Assembly: GCA_945861575.1 (NCBI GenBank)
Contig: CAMAVD010000002.1
Location: forward strand, 6,667 to 70,666
Direction: 5' to 3'
DNA: 64,000 bases
Source: Akkermansia muciniphila
GTDB taxonomy: Bacteria > Verrucomicrobiota > Verrucomicrobiia > Limisphaerales > UBA11320
The notes beneath the pieces were generated by a model. The model had not been told where the DNA came from. It made no database searches and saw nothing but the letters and a program-made list of their open reading frames with translations. Every line of letters begins with the position of its first letter. Positions within the stretch are counted from its first letter, which is position 1. Of this stretch, positions 45,742 through 55,116 are shown piece after piece. The translations under genes and the position numbers were made by a program.

Positions 45742-46425
45742 ATGAATCCCATGCTTGCTCATCTCGCCGTCGATTTCTTCCTGAAGGGAGGAGTGCTGAT
45801 GTGGCCCTTGTTGCTCTGTCTTTTGGCCGCGCTCTTCGTGGTGTTTGAACGTGGTCTCTGGTGGTGGGGCCTCAACCGGCGATGTAAGCCGGCCGTGCTC
45901 AGCCAAACATTCGACGCGATCACCGCCGGCGACTTTGGTCTCGCCGGGGATCTGACCAAGCGGAGCGATGATCCCTTCCTTCGCACGATCCACGAGGGGT
46001 TGGTCCACGCGCACTCGTCGATGCTCGGCGCGATGCAGCTGCGCGCCACCGAGGAGATTGAACGGGCGGAGCAGCGGCAGTGGGTGCTCGGAACCTTTAT
46101 TACGCTGGCCCCGCTCCTGGGCTTGATGGGCACGGTTATCGGCATCATGAATTCGTTCCACTTCGTGGGGAATGAGGAGTTGGCGGCAGTGAGGGTCAGC
46201 GGCGGGATTGCGGAGGCGTTGATCGCCACCGCGGGCGGATTAGGAATCGCGATCCTGTGCTTGTTGCCCTACAACTTTCTCAATCGGAAGCTTTCCCGGT
46301 TCCGTTCCAGACTGGAGCGCACCATCAACCACGTTGAACTGCTCGTGCAGTCGGCCAGGCACCATGGTCATGATCTGGACGCCTTCGCCAGGGCCAGAGC
46401 GGTCTCGGGTGGTGTTCGGTCATGA
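45742..46425 (+). CDS. exbB: MotA/TolQ/ExbB proton channel
   Basis: Three TM helices and the [14 protein letters not shown] / [18 protein letters not shown] motifs. ATG 45742 preferred over TTG 45736. Confidence 0.9.
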   Translation: MNPMLAHLAVDFFLKGGVLMWPLLLCLLAALFVVFERGLWWWGLNRRCKPAVLSQTFDAITAGDFGLAGDLTKRSDDPFLRTIHEGLVHAHSSMLGAMQLRATEEIERAEQRQWVLGTFITLAPLLGLMGTVIGIMNSFHFVGNEELAAVRVSGGIAEALIATAGGLGIAILCLLPYNFLNRKLSRFRSRLERTINHVELLVQSARHHGHDLDAFARARAVSGGVRS

Positions 46426-46446
46426 TGGCTAAACCGCGATTCTCCC

Positions 46447-46887
46447 ATGCCTGTTAAATTGACACCCCAAGCTCCCAGCGAGAGCGAAGCGAGGATCGAG
46501 ATCATCCCACTCATCGACATCATGTTCTTTTTGCTGGCGAGCTTCATGCTGGTGAGTTTGAGCATGGTGCATTCCAGGAGCGTGAAGGTAAACCTCCCGA
46601 CCGCGACCACCGCGAGTCCTGACACCAAGACCGATTTCGTGAGTGTGTCGGTTGATAAAGTCGGAATGGCCTTTATCGACAGGCAGCCGATCGGTCCGAA
46701 CGAGCTGGTCCAGCGACTCAGCGCCTGGCAGCGAACCAACGACCAAGCGAGAGTATTCATCAGCGGCGACCGGGAAGCTCGCCATGGGGACATTATCCGG
46801 GTGCTGGATCTGGTGCGGTCCGCGGGCATCCAGAAGGTGGCGTTCGAGATTGGGCCGGGAGCAGCGCCTTCGACGATCTTGCCATGA
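46447..46887 (+). CDS. exbD: ExbD/TolR biopolymer transport protein
   Basis: IEIIPLIDIMFFLLASFML TM with the conserved Asp, plus a periplasmic domain. Confidence 0.9.
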   Translation: MPVKLTPQAPSESEARIEIIPLIDIMFFLLASFMLVSLSMVHSRSVKVNLPTATTASPDTKTDFVSVSVDKVGMAFIDRQPIGPNELVQRLSAWQRTNDQARVFISGDREARHGDIIRVLDLVRSAGIQKVAFEIGPGAAPSTILP

Positions 46888-47408
46888 AACGGCTCTCCTA
46901 TTTCAATCTGCTGGGGGTGATCTGTCTGGGCGGGCTCTGTGTCGCTCAATGGCGTCGCGACTGCGAACTCAACCTCGAGCTGAACCGCCTCCAGCGTGAT
47001 GCTTATTTGCAGGCTTCTCGGCTGGAGGAGCAGGAGAAGTCGAGCCGTGGACTGAGCGTCGACCTCACCGAGTTTAGGAAGCACTACGACGGCGCTGCGA
47101 CCGAACTGGCGCAACTTCGCGAGAAGCTGCGCAATGCCGAGCGGGAGGTCCGTCAGCTGGCGGCCGAGCGCGATCAGCTCAGGAACAGCGTCACGAACTG
47201 GGCGGCAGCGGTGTCGGTTCGCGATGAGCGGCTAAAGGAAGCCGTTGCCCAAGTGCGACGAGTCGGGGAGGAGCTCAACGTTTCAGTGGTCAAATTTAAC
47301 AGCTTGGCTTCGAATCACAACGTGGTGGTCAAGGATCTCAATGACCTTCGGTTGCGCTTGAGCCGGCCACCGCCAGCGACCTCTCCCCCCGCTGCACGCA
47401 TCCCGTAA
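46884..47408 (+). CDS. Membrane-anchored coiled-coil protein translationally coupled to exbD
   Basis: ATGA overlap with the exbD stop. One TM (YFNLLGVICLGGLCVAQW), then about 130 aa of heptad-like charged helix and a Pro-rich tail. No known family recognised. Confidence 0.6.
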   Translation: MKRLSYFNLLGVICLGGLCVAQWRRDCELNLELNRLQRDAYLQASRLEEQEKSSRGLSVDLTEFRKHYDGAATELAQLREKLRNAEREVRQLAAERDQLRNSVTNWAAAVSVRDERLKEAVAQVRRVGEELNVSVVKFNSLASNHNVVVKDLNDLRLRLSRPPPATSPPAARIP

Positions 47409-47576
47409 CCTCAACCCTGATGAGGGTCCTGCCTCCATGCTCATGGCTCATGAGAATCTCTGAAAGCGGTTGCACAGTTCTTGGTTTGGACCGGTGTGGC
47501 ATTTTGCCGCACCGACTGGTGTTTTCCAGGCGGGTGTGAGTTGAAGTGGGTGAGATTCAAATCGTGCTCCGCGCGA

Positions 47577-47611
47577 CGAGGTAGGGCGAACCTTTGTCGT
47601 GCCCTACCTCG
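47577..47611. other. Stable hairpin between the Ton cluster and the second receptor gene
   Basis: CGAGGTAGGGC-n13-GCCCTACCTCG, with no U-tract on either strand. Confidence 0.3.
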
Positions 47612-47720
47612 GTGACGATTTCCTTTCAAGTCTCACCTTGAACGAATCACACCCGATTCCCTGCGCAGTCCCGTTTGAAGTTGACGGAGGGAAGCTGGGT
47701 CTTTGAAGCTTTCCCCTCGG

Positions 47721-49886
47721 ATGAAACACGTTCTCTTCATTTCCTCAGGGCTGTTCCTGCTGGTCGGCGAGGCCTCGAGCCAGAACGCAGTTGGCAATGC
47801 CTCCGATTCCTCCGCCAGTACCACTGGCGCATCGAGTTTGTCGACAAACGTCGTTTCCAAGCTGGACGATTTGGTGGTGACCGCGACTCGCCGCGAGAAG
47901 AGTCAGATGTATCTTCCGTATAGCACGCAACCGCTCACTGCCTCCCAACTGCGCCGGGAGTCTATGGCTTCCAGCGTTCCTGAGGCCATGATTCAGGTCC
48001 CTGGTGTGATGGTTCAACAGACCGCTCGGGGCCAGGGGTCACCGTATTTGCGCGGCTTCACCGGCTTTCGCACTCTGGCTTTGGTGGATGGCATTCGACT
48101 GAACAACTCAACGTTTCGGGATGGCCCGAACCAATACTGGAGCACGATCGATGCGCTGGCTATCGATCGGTTGGAGGTGATCAAGGGGCCTGGTTCGGTC
48201 ATGTACGGCAGCGATTCCATCGGTGGGACCGTCAACGCGCTGATGCGCGCACCGACCTACCACTCGATCCCCGGGGCGCAGTGGGGTGGGGCAACCTACT
48301 ATCGATTCGGGTCGACTGAGCGAGCCCAACTCGCCCGAGGGGAAGTGAGCGGTTCCGAGTGGGATCGGTGGGGATTCAATCTAGGATTCAGCGGCAAGTC
48401 TTTTGGCGACGTCCAGGGTGGGGACGAGGTGGGGCGACAGCTGCACACGGGATACGACCAATGGGATGCCGATGCCAAGGCGCAATATTTCTTCAGCCCG
48501 AACACCAAGCTGACCCTAGCCTATCAGCGGACCGAACAGGATGACGTGCAGCGGACCCACCGCACCATCTACGGGCTGACCTGGGAGGGGCTGTCCCGAG
48601 GAACCGATCAGCAGCATCTCTTTGATCAGCAGCGTCAGCTCAGCTACGCGCGGCTGGCTCATACCACTGACCGCGGGGATGAATTCACGGCGACGCTCTC
48701 GTGGCAGATCCAGGATGAGCGCCAGTTTGTGGAACGGAGCAACCAGACGACCCAGCGCACAACCGTGGACGTGGATACTCTGGCGTTGTCACTCCAGGGC
48801 TTGAGCCCTTCTCACGTAGGGCTTTGGACCTACGGGATAGAGCACTATCACGATTTTGTGGGCTCATCGCAGCGAAACTACAACGCTAGCGGGATTCTCA
48901 CTTCCACGGCCATCCAGGGGCCCGTCGCTGACGATTCGGCTTACGATCTTTTTGGGCTCTATGTTCAGGACGAGATCGAATTGGCAGATCGCCTGAGCTT
49001 CATAGCGGGTGGTCGATTCACCTGGGCTGGAGCTGACGCGGGGCGTGTTCGAGACCCGGTCACCACGCTCGCTACCGAGTTTAGCGACGATTGGGCGAAT
49101 GCGGTGGGTAGTGGCCGATTGCTGTGGCATCCCGATGAACAGGAGCGCTGGAGTCTCTACACCGGAGCTTCCCAAGGATTTCGAGCGCCGAACTTGAGCG
49201 ATATGACCCGCTTCGATATCGCCCGTAGCGGCGAGTTAGAAACGGCAGCCTTCAACCTCAAGCCGGAAAGGTTTTTGACTTTGGAACTCGGTGCCAAGAC
49301 CGGCCAGCAGTGGTGGGAAGCCGAAGCGGCTTACTATCACACGTTCATCGAAGATTTCATCGTGCGCACCCCTACGGGAGCGGTCATTGGAGGGGCCAAC
49401 GAAGTGACCAAGCGGAACGCCAGCGAGGGATGGGTTCATGGTGTGGAAGGCTCCGGCCGTCTAAGGCTGGGTTCAGGGATGAGCCTGTTTGGACAGGCCA
49501 GCTGGCAGGAAGGCGAGGCCGATGCATTTCCTACCTCGGCTGCCGCCAGTGTGCGCGTGCCGTTGAGCCGACTGAATCCCGTCAGCGGGTTGGCCGGGTT
49601 GCGTTGGGATTCTCCGAAGAGAGGGTTTTTCGCCGAAGTGTTTGGTCAAGCTGCCGCCAAGCAGGATCGCCTGTCACCCGATGATGCGCGAGATACTCAG
49701 CGAATTCCCCCTGGCGGGACACCAGGATGGGCCACCCTGAACTTTCGAGTTGGCTACGCCTGGCGTGAACAGCTCTTCCTAACGGCCGCCCTGGAGAATG
49801 CGCTCAACGAGGACTACCGACTGCATGGCAGCGGATACAACCAGCCCGGACGCAATTTCAAGGTGGGGACAGAATGGCGGTTTTGA
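47721..49886 (+). CDS. TonB-dependent outer-membrane receptor (second copy, different subfamily)
   Basis: Signal peptide, TonB-box-like DDLVVTATR, plug QGSPYLRGFTGFRTLALVDGIRLNNSTFRDGPNQYW and a barrel ending ...GTEWRF. Confidence 0.9.
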   Translation: MKHVLFISSGLFLLVGEASSQNAVGNASDSSASTTGASSLSTNVVSKLDDLVVTATRREKSQMYLPYSTQPLTASQLRRESMASSVPEAMIQVPGVMVQQTARGQGSPYLRGFTGFRTLALVDGIRLNNSTFRDGPNQYWSTIDALAIDRLEVIKGPGSVMYGSDSIGGTVNALMRAPTYHSIPGAQWGGATYYRFGSTERAQLARGEVSGSEWDRWGFNLGFSGKSFGDVQGGDEVGRQLHTGYDQWDADAKAQYFFSPNTKLTLAYQRTEQDDVQRTHRTIYGLTWEGLSRGTDQQHLFDQQRQLSYARLAHTTDRGDEFTATLSWQIQDERQFVERSNQTTQRTTVDVDTLALSLQGLSPSHVGLWTYGIEHYHDFVGSSQRNYNASGILTSTAIQGPVADDSAYDLFGLYVQDEIELADRLSFIAGGRFTWAGADAGRVRDPVTTLATEFSDDWANAVGSGRLLWHPDEQERWSLYTGASQGFRAPNLSDMTRFDIARSGELETAAFNLKPERFLTLELGAKTGQQWWEAEAAYYHTFIEDFIVRTPTGAVIGGANEVTKRNASEGWVHGVEGSGRLRLGSGMSLFGQASWQEGEADAFPTSAAASVRVPLSRLNPVSGLAGLRWDSPKRGFFAEVFGQAAAKQDRLSPDDARDTQRIPPGGTPGWATLNFRVGYAWREQLFLTAALENALNEDYRLHGSGYNQPGRNFKVGTEWRF

Positions 49887-49953
49887 AACCCGCACAATGC
49901 TCCTTTTTTGGATTAATTCCGATAGGCCTTGTGGCAACTGCTGCAGCTCTTAA

Positions 49954-50187
49954 TCACCCTGTGAAAGGCGGCATCTCGCGAGGGAGACGGAGATCGACCA
50001 CAACCGACACAAAGCTGCCTCGTCCGAGTTGCTCAACTGCGGAAGTTGAGTCGGCGACCGACTCTACCTCCAACCCTCGCTTTCTGAGTGCGCTGGCCAG
50101 ACACTCCCGGAAACGCGGGTCATCGTCGACAAAAAGGATGGGGTCGAGCCTGACTTGAGCGCCATCAGATTCGTGGAGAGCTTTCAT
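49954..50187 (-). pseudogene. Truncated response-regulator receiver domain
   Basis: ILFVDDDPRFRECLASALRKRGLEVESV...VVVDLRLP, then a stop after 77 codons. The last third of REC and any output domain are missing. Confidence 0.6.
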
Positions 50188-50617
50188 GGGAGGGAATGCG
50201 GAACGATGGGGAGTTGGAGGGATACTGTAGTGCCGCGGCCTGATTTGGAGTCAATCGCCATGCTGCCGCCTGACTTTCCGACGCGGTGGCTTCGATCCTT
50301 TGCCCGGGATTGGCAGTTTCCTTGGCCTTTTCAGAGCACTTTCCCTAGGACACCAACTTGCACAGACGGCAGGGATGCTGCCCGTCGAAGGTCTTGGCTT
50401 CAGAAAAGGATGAATCCTGCGAGTAGCTGATGATCATCCCTACCCAGGCGGCCGACTGCAGAACCGTCCACTGCATGCCCAGCAGGAGAGCAAGCACGAT
50501 CGCGACGACTGCTTTTCCCGCAGGCTGGACAGGGGAAAACGATGGGCAGAGTTCTTGGGATTCTTTGGAAGGTGGCCTAAAGTTGGCCGAATTGGGTGAG
50601 ATGTGTGGAGGCTTAGA
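50165..50617 (-). pseudogene. Membrane protein relic (LQSAAW...FDGQHPCRLC family) with in-frame TAG and no start codon
   Basis: Frame ..AVVAIVLALLLGMQWTVLQSAAWVGMIISYSQDSSFSEAKTFDGQHPCRLCKLVS-TAG(50345-50347)-GKCSEKAKE... No ATG/GTG/TTG lies upstream of the TM helix. Confidence 0.45.
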
Positions 50618-50726
50618 CTATCGGACGGTGGGCATAGCGGTTACGAAGGCGATTGCGCGGGTTGGGAAGCACCGAGAATTTCAGAAAGCTGACACATCCG
50701 TGCAGAAGCGATTAACCGTAAACTAG
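50580..50726 (+). pseudogene. Helix-turn-helix tail fragment resembling the DnaA-C-like end of REP-associated/IS200-like transposases
   Basis: LKLAELGEMCGGLDYRTVGIAVTKAIARVGKHREFQKA. Only this tail is present. Assignment from memory. Confidence 0.25.
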
Positions 50727-50782
50727 CCATGAACGTGCACAATAGCTGAAAGAAGAGATCTGATAACCCGCATGGCAGTTAG

Positions 50783-50873
50783 TTACTCGCACACGACGTC
50801 GGCGGCTGCCCGGTGCGCTATACGGTAAAGCCACGAAGCGAGGATCGTGTCCGGTGTAAGCCGGTTCGCTGTC
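50783..50873 (-). pseudogene. ECF sigma-70 region-2 fragment
   Basis: ..TPDTILASWLYRIAHRAAADVVCE-stop matches the WLYRIA.N...D region 2 motif. Nothing upstream or downstream of it survives. Confidence 0.45.
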
Positions 50874-53396
50874 TTACTGGCGCCGACCTGGGGGTGGTGG
50901 CTCATGATACGGTTTGCCACCCCGATAGAGCTCCAGCAGTTGCCGATTTTTCGCGAGCAGCACCTCATCCCCGGACTCAGAGGCCAGAGCGCACGCCTTC
51001 TCGGCGGTCGTGACCGCATCCCCAAATCGACCCGCCTCTGCATAGGCCGCCGCTAAGGTGCCGACCAGGAAAGTCCTTCGATACTCGGTGAGTTGGCACG
51101 CCCGCTCGGAGAGCCGGACTGCCTCTACGCCATCGCGCACTGCAGCATCCGGTCCCGCGGCCAACAGCCAAGCGAGATTGTTGAGCGGCTCAAGAGCATT
51201 GGGGTTCTCCCGCAGAGCGGATCGATACCGAGCAATCGCACCCGCGTAGTCCCCGCGTTGCGTCAGAGCGTCCGCCTCGGAGATATGCGTCTCAACGGAG
51301 GCATCCTTTTTCTTCCCTTCAGTGCTGGGCCTCAGGATCCGGTAGATGCTCGCGAAATCGTCCGTCCAGAGTGGAACTTGGGAAGGTTGAGACCGCGCGG
51401 GCACGCTCACCGCTTTGAGGAGCGGACCTTGGAAGAGAGACGGATCCTTGCAGAGCACAATCCACACGGAGGTCATCAGCCACCACTTCTCAATCGGCGT
51501 TTCATTTCGAATCACCCCCGTTTGGTAGCCAAAACGCTCGGCCACATTTGCTACGACCGGTTCCAAGTTCAAATGCCTGTTCGAAATATGAACCGCGATC
51601 ACCGCGTTCGGCTTGAGGTGCTTCTCATAGAGCACGAACGCCTCCTGGGTGAGCAGATGCATCGGGATGGCATCGCCGCTGAACGCATCCATGACAAACA
51701 GATCGAACTGCTGCGAACTCTCCCGTTCCAACGCGAGGCGGGCGTCCCCCAAAACAACCTCTATTGAGCCGGCACACTCCGAGAGATAGGAGAAGTGCGT
51801 CCTCGCCAGGTGCTCAACCTCGGGGTTTATTTCGTAAAGGCGGAGCGAGTCCCCTGTGCGCGCATAGGTCGCCAACGTGCCGACTCCGAGTCCGATCACA
51901 CCGATGCGCCGCGATTCCCCCGAAAGGGAGCGGAGCACCCGGCCCACGCCACTCTCCTCACTGTAGTAGGTGGTTGGTACGGCCTTGAGGGCCGGGTCGA
52001 GCAACTGCAGGCCGTGGGTCGTGATGCCATGAGCGAGTTTCAGTCCATAGGAGCTCGAATGGCTAGGATCCACCCTGAGAACGCTGAGAACGCCATAAAA
52101 GTTACGCGTCCGCTGCACCATCTCCGCTCCCGCACTAAACGCTTGGATCCATAGCGCCACCGCCAGGGCAACAAGCCCCACCACACCACCGAGCGACGTG
52201 ATCCAGCGCCATCGGGCGAACCGCCCCCAATCCGAGCCACTCAGCCAGGCGGTCATCGCCAAGACTCCGCACAGCAGAAGTCCCCAGTGCAGCTCATGGT
52301 AGTCGCTAAACAGGATCGGAGCCACCAGAGTTACAAAAATCCCCCCCAACGCTCCCCCCGCCGCGATCATCAGATAGAAACGGGTCAGCTGAGCAGGAGC
52401 CGGTCTAAGTCTATAGAGCTCCCCATGACATACCATGCAAGCCACTAGGAGCCCGACCGAATAGACCCCTAACTGCAGGGACATCGAGAGAACCGTATCG
52501 CGGGACAAGACCCAGCAGATCCCGGCGAGGGAAATCACGAGAGCCACCGCGAAGGGGATTCGCAGATACCATCGAGGACTGTCGAAACAAATGATGAAAC
52601 TCAACAGGTATAGCGCGAGCGGTATCACCCAGAGCAATGGAATGACCGTGACGTCCTGGGACAGCTTGTTGGTGATGGCGATCAGAAGCACCGACGCACA
52701 GGCAGGGAGCAGGAGCCAGAGTGAGACGTTCAGCAAGGAAGGCTGCCCAGGAGAGCGCTCGTTCCTCACCTCGCCGCCCTCCACATGAGCGTGGGGAGAA
52801 GCCGGTGGAACGTTCGAGATCTTCCAAACTCGAGTCCCGCACGCGACGCAGCAGACCGTGAACCCCAATAGCCCGCCCCCCCACATCCCTGCCTGCGCCA
52901 GCCGGGAGAATTCGGTCTCGAAGTAAAAGGGATAGCTCAGCAGTGCGAGAAGAGATCCCGCGTTCGACAGGGCGTAGAGCCGATAGGGCGAGGCGACTGG
53001 GTTGGATCTACTGAACCAGTGCTGAATAAGCGGACCGGTCGCGGAGAGGGCGAAGTAGGGAACCCCCACCGTGGCGGCAAGGAGACTCAAGATCTGCAGC
53101 CTCGGATCGCCGCTGCCCTGCGGTTTCCATGAATCCGAAGGAATGACCGGGAGCATCGACAACGACACCCCGAGCAGCGCGAGGTGAATGATGACCTGTC
53201 GACGAGGCTGGCACCAACGTGAAATCAGATGTGCGTACGCATACCCACCCAGGAGGAGTACCTGGAAGAAGAGCATGCAGGTGGTCCAGACGCCGGGCCC
53301 ACCTCCAAACCAGGGGAGGATGAACTTGCCGATCATCGGCTGGATTTGGAACAGCAAGAAAGCTCCAAAAAAAATCGTCAGCGCAAAAAAAATCAT
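50874..53396 (-). CDS. Fused polytopic-membrane / spermidine-synthase-like methyltransferase-fold protein with C-terminal TPR repeats
   Basis: 840 aa. MIFFALTIFFGAFLLFQIQPMIGKFILPWFGGGPGVWTTCMLFFQ start, about 12 TM helices, GVIGLGVGTLA and DLFVMDAFSGDAIPMHLLT motifs, then TPR units. Confidence 0.85.
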   Translation of the reverse strand: MIFFALTIFFGAFLLFQIQPMIGKFILPWFGGGPGVWTTCMLFFQVLLLGGYAYAHLISRWCQPRRQVIIHLALLGVSLSMLPVIPSDSWKPQGSGDPRLQILSLLAATVGVPYFALSATGPLIQHWFSRSNPVASPYRLYALSNAGSLLALLSYPFYFETEFSRLAQAGMWGGGLLGFTVCCVACGTRVWKISNVPPASPHAHVEGGEVRNERSPGQPSLLNVSLWLLLPACASVLLIAITNKLSQDVTVIPLLWVIPLALYLLSFIICFDSPRWYLRIPFAVALVISLAGICWVLSRDTVLSMSLQLGVYSVGLLVACMVCHGELYRLRPAPAQLTRFYLMIAAGGALGGIFVTLVAPILFSDYHELHWGLLLCGVLAMTAWLSGSDWGRFARWRWITSLGGVVGLVALAVALWIQAFSAGAEMVQRTRNFYGVLSVLRVDPSHSSSYGLKLAHGITTHGLQLLDPALKAVPTTYYSEESGVGRVLRSLSGESRRIGVIGLGVGTLATYARTGDSLRLYEINPEVEHLARTHFSYLSECAGSIEVVLGDARLALERESSQQFDLFVMDAFSGDAIPMHLLTQEAFVLYEKHLKPNAVIAVHISNRHLNLEPVVANVAERFGYQTGVIRNETPIEKWWLMTSVWIVLCKDPSLFQGPLLKAVSVPARSQPSQVPLWTDDFASIYRILRPSTEGKKKDASVETHISEADALTQRGDYAGAIARYRSALRENPNALEPLNNLAWLLAAGPDAAVRDGVEAVRLSERACQLTEYRRTFLVGTLAAAYAEAGRFGDAVTTAEKACALASESGDEVLLAKNRQLLELYRGGKPYHEPPPPGRRQ

Positions 53397-53679
53397 GCGG
53401 ACTAGTCCACTGTCATTCCCTCTGCTGTGTCCGGCTTCCTAAGCGAACCGGGCCTCTTAGGCACCTGACATCAAGAACGTCGGGCATCAGTGAGGATCGA
53501 TTGAGGCCGGGTGACAAGAAGAAAACAGGCTCGGGCTCCCAGACTACGCATCAGAAGCCCACAGGACACCCCGAACCACAAAACCTGGAATTGCCTCAGC
53601 TTCTCCGGACCGTCATGGCGCACATCCGTTTGAATAAGCAAATTCCTATCAGTTAAACGCTAGCGGATCCCTTTCGCAT

Positions 53680-54951
53680 TTAGCTTCCCGCACCCGCTCG
53701 TGACTCCACTCGGAAGAGCTGCGTCTTTGAGCGTAGGAAGAGCGCGTTGCCCGCCGCGGCCGGTGACGCCATGAAGCCATCGCCCACGTTGCTTTTTGTG
53801 AGAACTTTGAAGCCCTTGCCTGCTTCGATAACGCTGGTCGCCCCCGCTTGATCAAAGCAGTAAATGCGATTGCCAACCCCCAGGGGCGACGCGGAGAAAT
53901 CTCCCCCCAGGCGCTCGCTGTAGTGGATGTTTCCCGTCTTGGCATCCATGCACGTGAGGATGCCGCTGTCCGACAGCATGTAGAGCTCCTCACCTACCAG
54001 CAGCGGTGAAGGTTTCTGCGGGGCCTGACGTGCGACTTTCCAGGCCACGTGGGTTGCGCTGACGTCGCCCGTGCCACCGGGGCGGACGGCCCACATCTCC
54101 GGCTTCATAAAACCGGTGGCCAGGTAGATCAGACCATGGCCGTAGACGGGCTTGGTGACATTGGAAAACCCAGGGATGTCGATCCACCACAGCTCGCGGC
54201 CTGTCATTGGATCCAATCCGCTGAGGCGAAAGGCCCCCATGCTGATGAGTTCCTCGTGGTTGCCGACCTGGATGACGGACGGAGTATGATAGGCTTTCTT
54301 GAAATCGCCCGCTTTTCCCTCGAGCTGCGGGTCATTGCTGCGAGGTGTGGTCCATTTCCGCCTGCCCGTGTTCTTGTCGAGAGCGGTGATGAAGCGATGC
54401 TCTGTCCCGTCGCAGGTCAGGATCAGCAGGTCGCGATGGAGGATGGGTGAGCTGCCAGGGCCGTTCTTGCCGTGGTCGTGCTTTAGACCCTCGTTTTTCC
54501 AGAGGATGCGCCCGGATTCGCTGTCCAGGCAGGCTGCTCCATACATTCCGAAAAAGAAGTAGACCCGCCCTTTTTCGATCACAGGTGAAGGGGAGGCATG
54601 GCTATTCAGCTTGTGGATGCTGTCCGGCGCGGGGACTTTGAAGATCTCAAGATTGTGGAGCAGCTTTCCAGTCTTGCGGTTCACGCAGATCCCTCGCAGC
54701 GAATGCCCTTCATCCGTGGCCGTCGCCATCCACACACGGTCCCCCCAGATAACGGGGGAGGACCAGCCGGTCCCCGGGATGTCCGTCTGCCAGGCGATGT
54801 TTTCGGTGGGGCTCCAACTCAGCGGAATCTGGCTGGCATCGGTGTGCCCATCGCCCGACGGGCCGCGGAACTGCGGCCAGTTGTCGGAGGCGGTCGCCGC
54901 GACAGACGTGAGTGCCAGGACGGTGGTGAGGCTGAGCAGCGTTCCGATCAT
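53680..54951 (-). CDS. Secreted PQQ-like beta-propeller repeat protein (paralog of 3614-4942)
   Basis: Start MIGTLLSLTTVLALTSVAATA, then DNWPQFRGPSGDGH, with the same blade pattern as the other copy. Confidence 0.75.
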   Translation of the reverse strand: MIGTLLSLTTVLALTSVAATASDNWPQFRGPSGDGHTDASQIPLSWSPTENIAWQTDIPGTGWSSPVIWGDRVWMATATDEGHSLRGICVNRKTGKLLHNLEIFKVPAPDSIHKLNSHASPSPVIEKGRVYFFFGMYGAACLDSESGRILWKNEGLKHDHGKNGPGSSPILHRDLLILTCDGTEHRFITALDKNTGRRKWTTPRSNDPQLEGKAGDFKKAYHTPSVIQVGNHEELISMGAFRLSGLDPMTGRELWWIDIPGFSNVTKPVYGHGLIYLATGFMKPEMWAVRPGGTGDVSATHVAWKVARQAPQKPSPLLVGEELYMLSDSGILTCMDAKTGNIHYSERLGGDFSASPLGVGNRIYCFDQAGATSVIEAGKGFKVLTKSNVGDGFMASPAAAGNALFLRSKTQLFRVESRAGAGS

Positions 54952-55116
54952 GAGGTGTAGTCTGTACCGCAGTCGATGGACTTGACAAGTCCGGCGACGG
55001 GATCGCCAGCAGTTCTCATTGTGAAAATCGGCGTTCCAATTCGGATTGTATGAACGCACCACCCCCGGATGATTTCTCTCCATGACATCTTCTGTTCCTG
55101 CTCCGAATCATTCCCT

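Noticed and set aside
47417-47424. CTGATGAG hammerhead-core match just after the coiled-coil gene stop, with GAAA about 40 nt downstream
   Set aside because: The required stem II (G10.1-C11.1 and neighbours) and stem III cannot be formed. An 8-mer is expected by chance about twice in 64 kb on two strands.
47409-47720. Cobalamin or other riboswitch upstream of the second TonB-dependent receptor
   Set aside because: No B12 box (GCCACTG context), no TPP CUGAGA/ACCUGA pair and no other core motif could be located by eye. Only generic hairpins are present. This is left as a low-interest finding for an Infernal scan.
15256-50347. Amber (TAG) reassignment or programmed readthrough, suggested by three in-frame TAGs
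   Set aside because: TAG clearly terminates intact genes here. Paralog 2 stops at 8399-8401, at the position homologous to the paralog 1 TGA. The DUF1553 protein ends ..[15 protein letters not shown] at 11550-11555. The YHYH gene stops at 23808-23810. Nonsense mutation or base-call error is the simpler reading.
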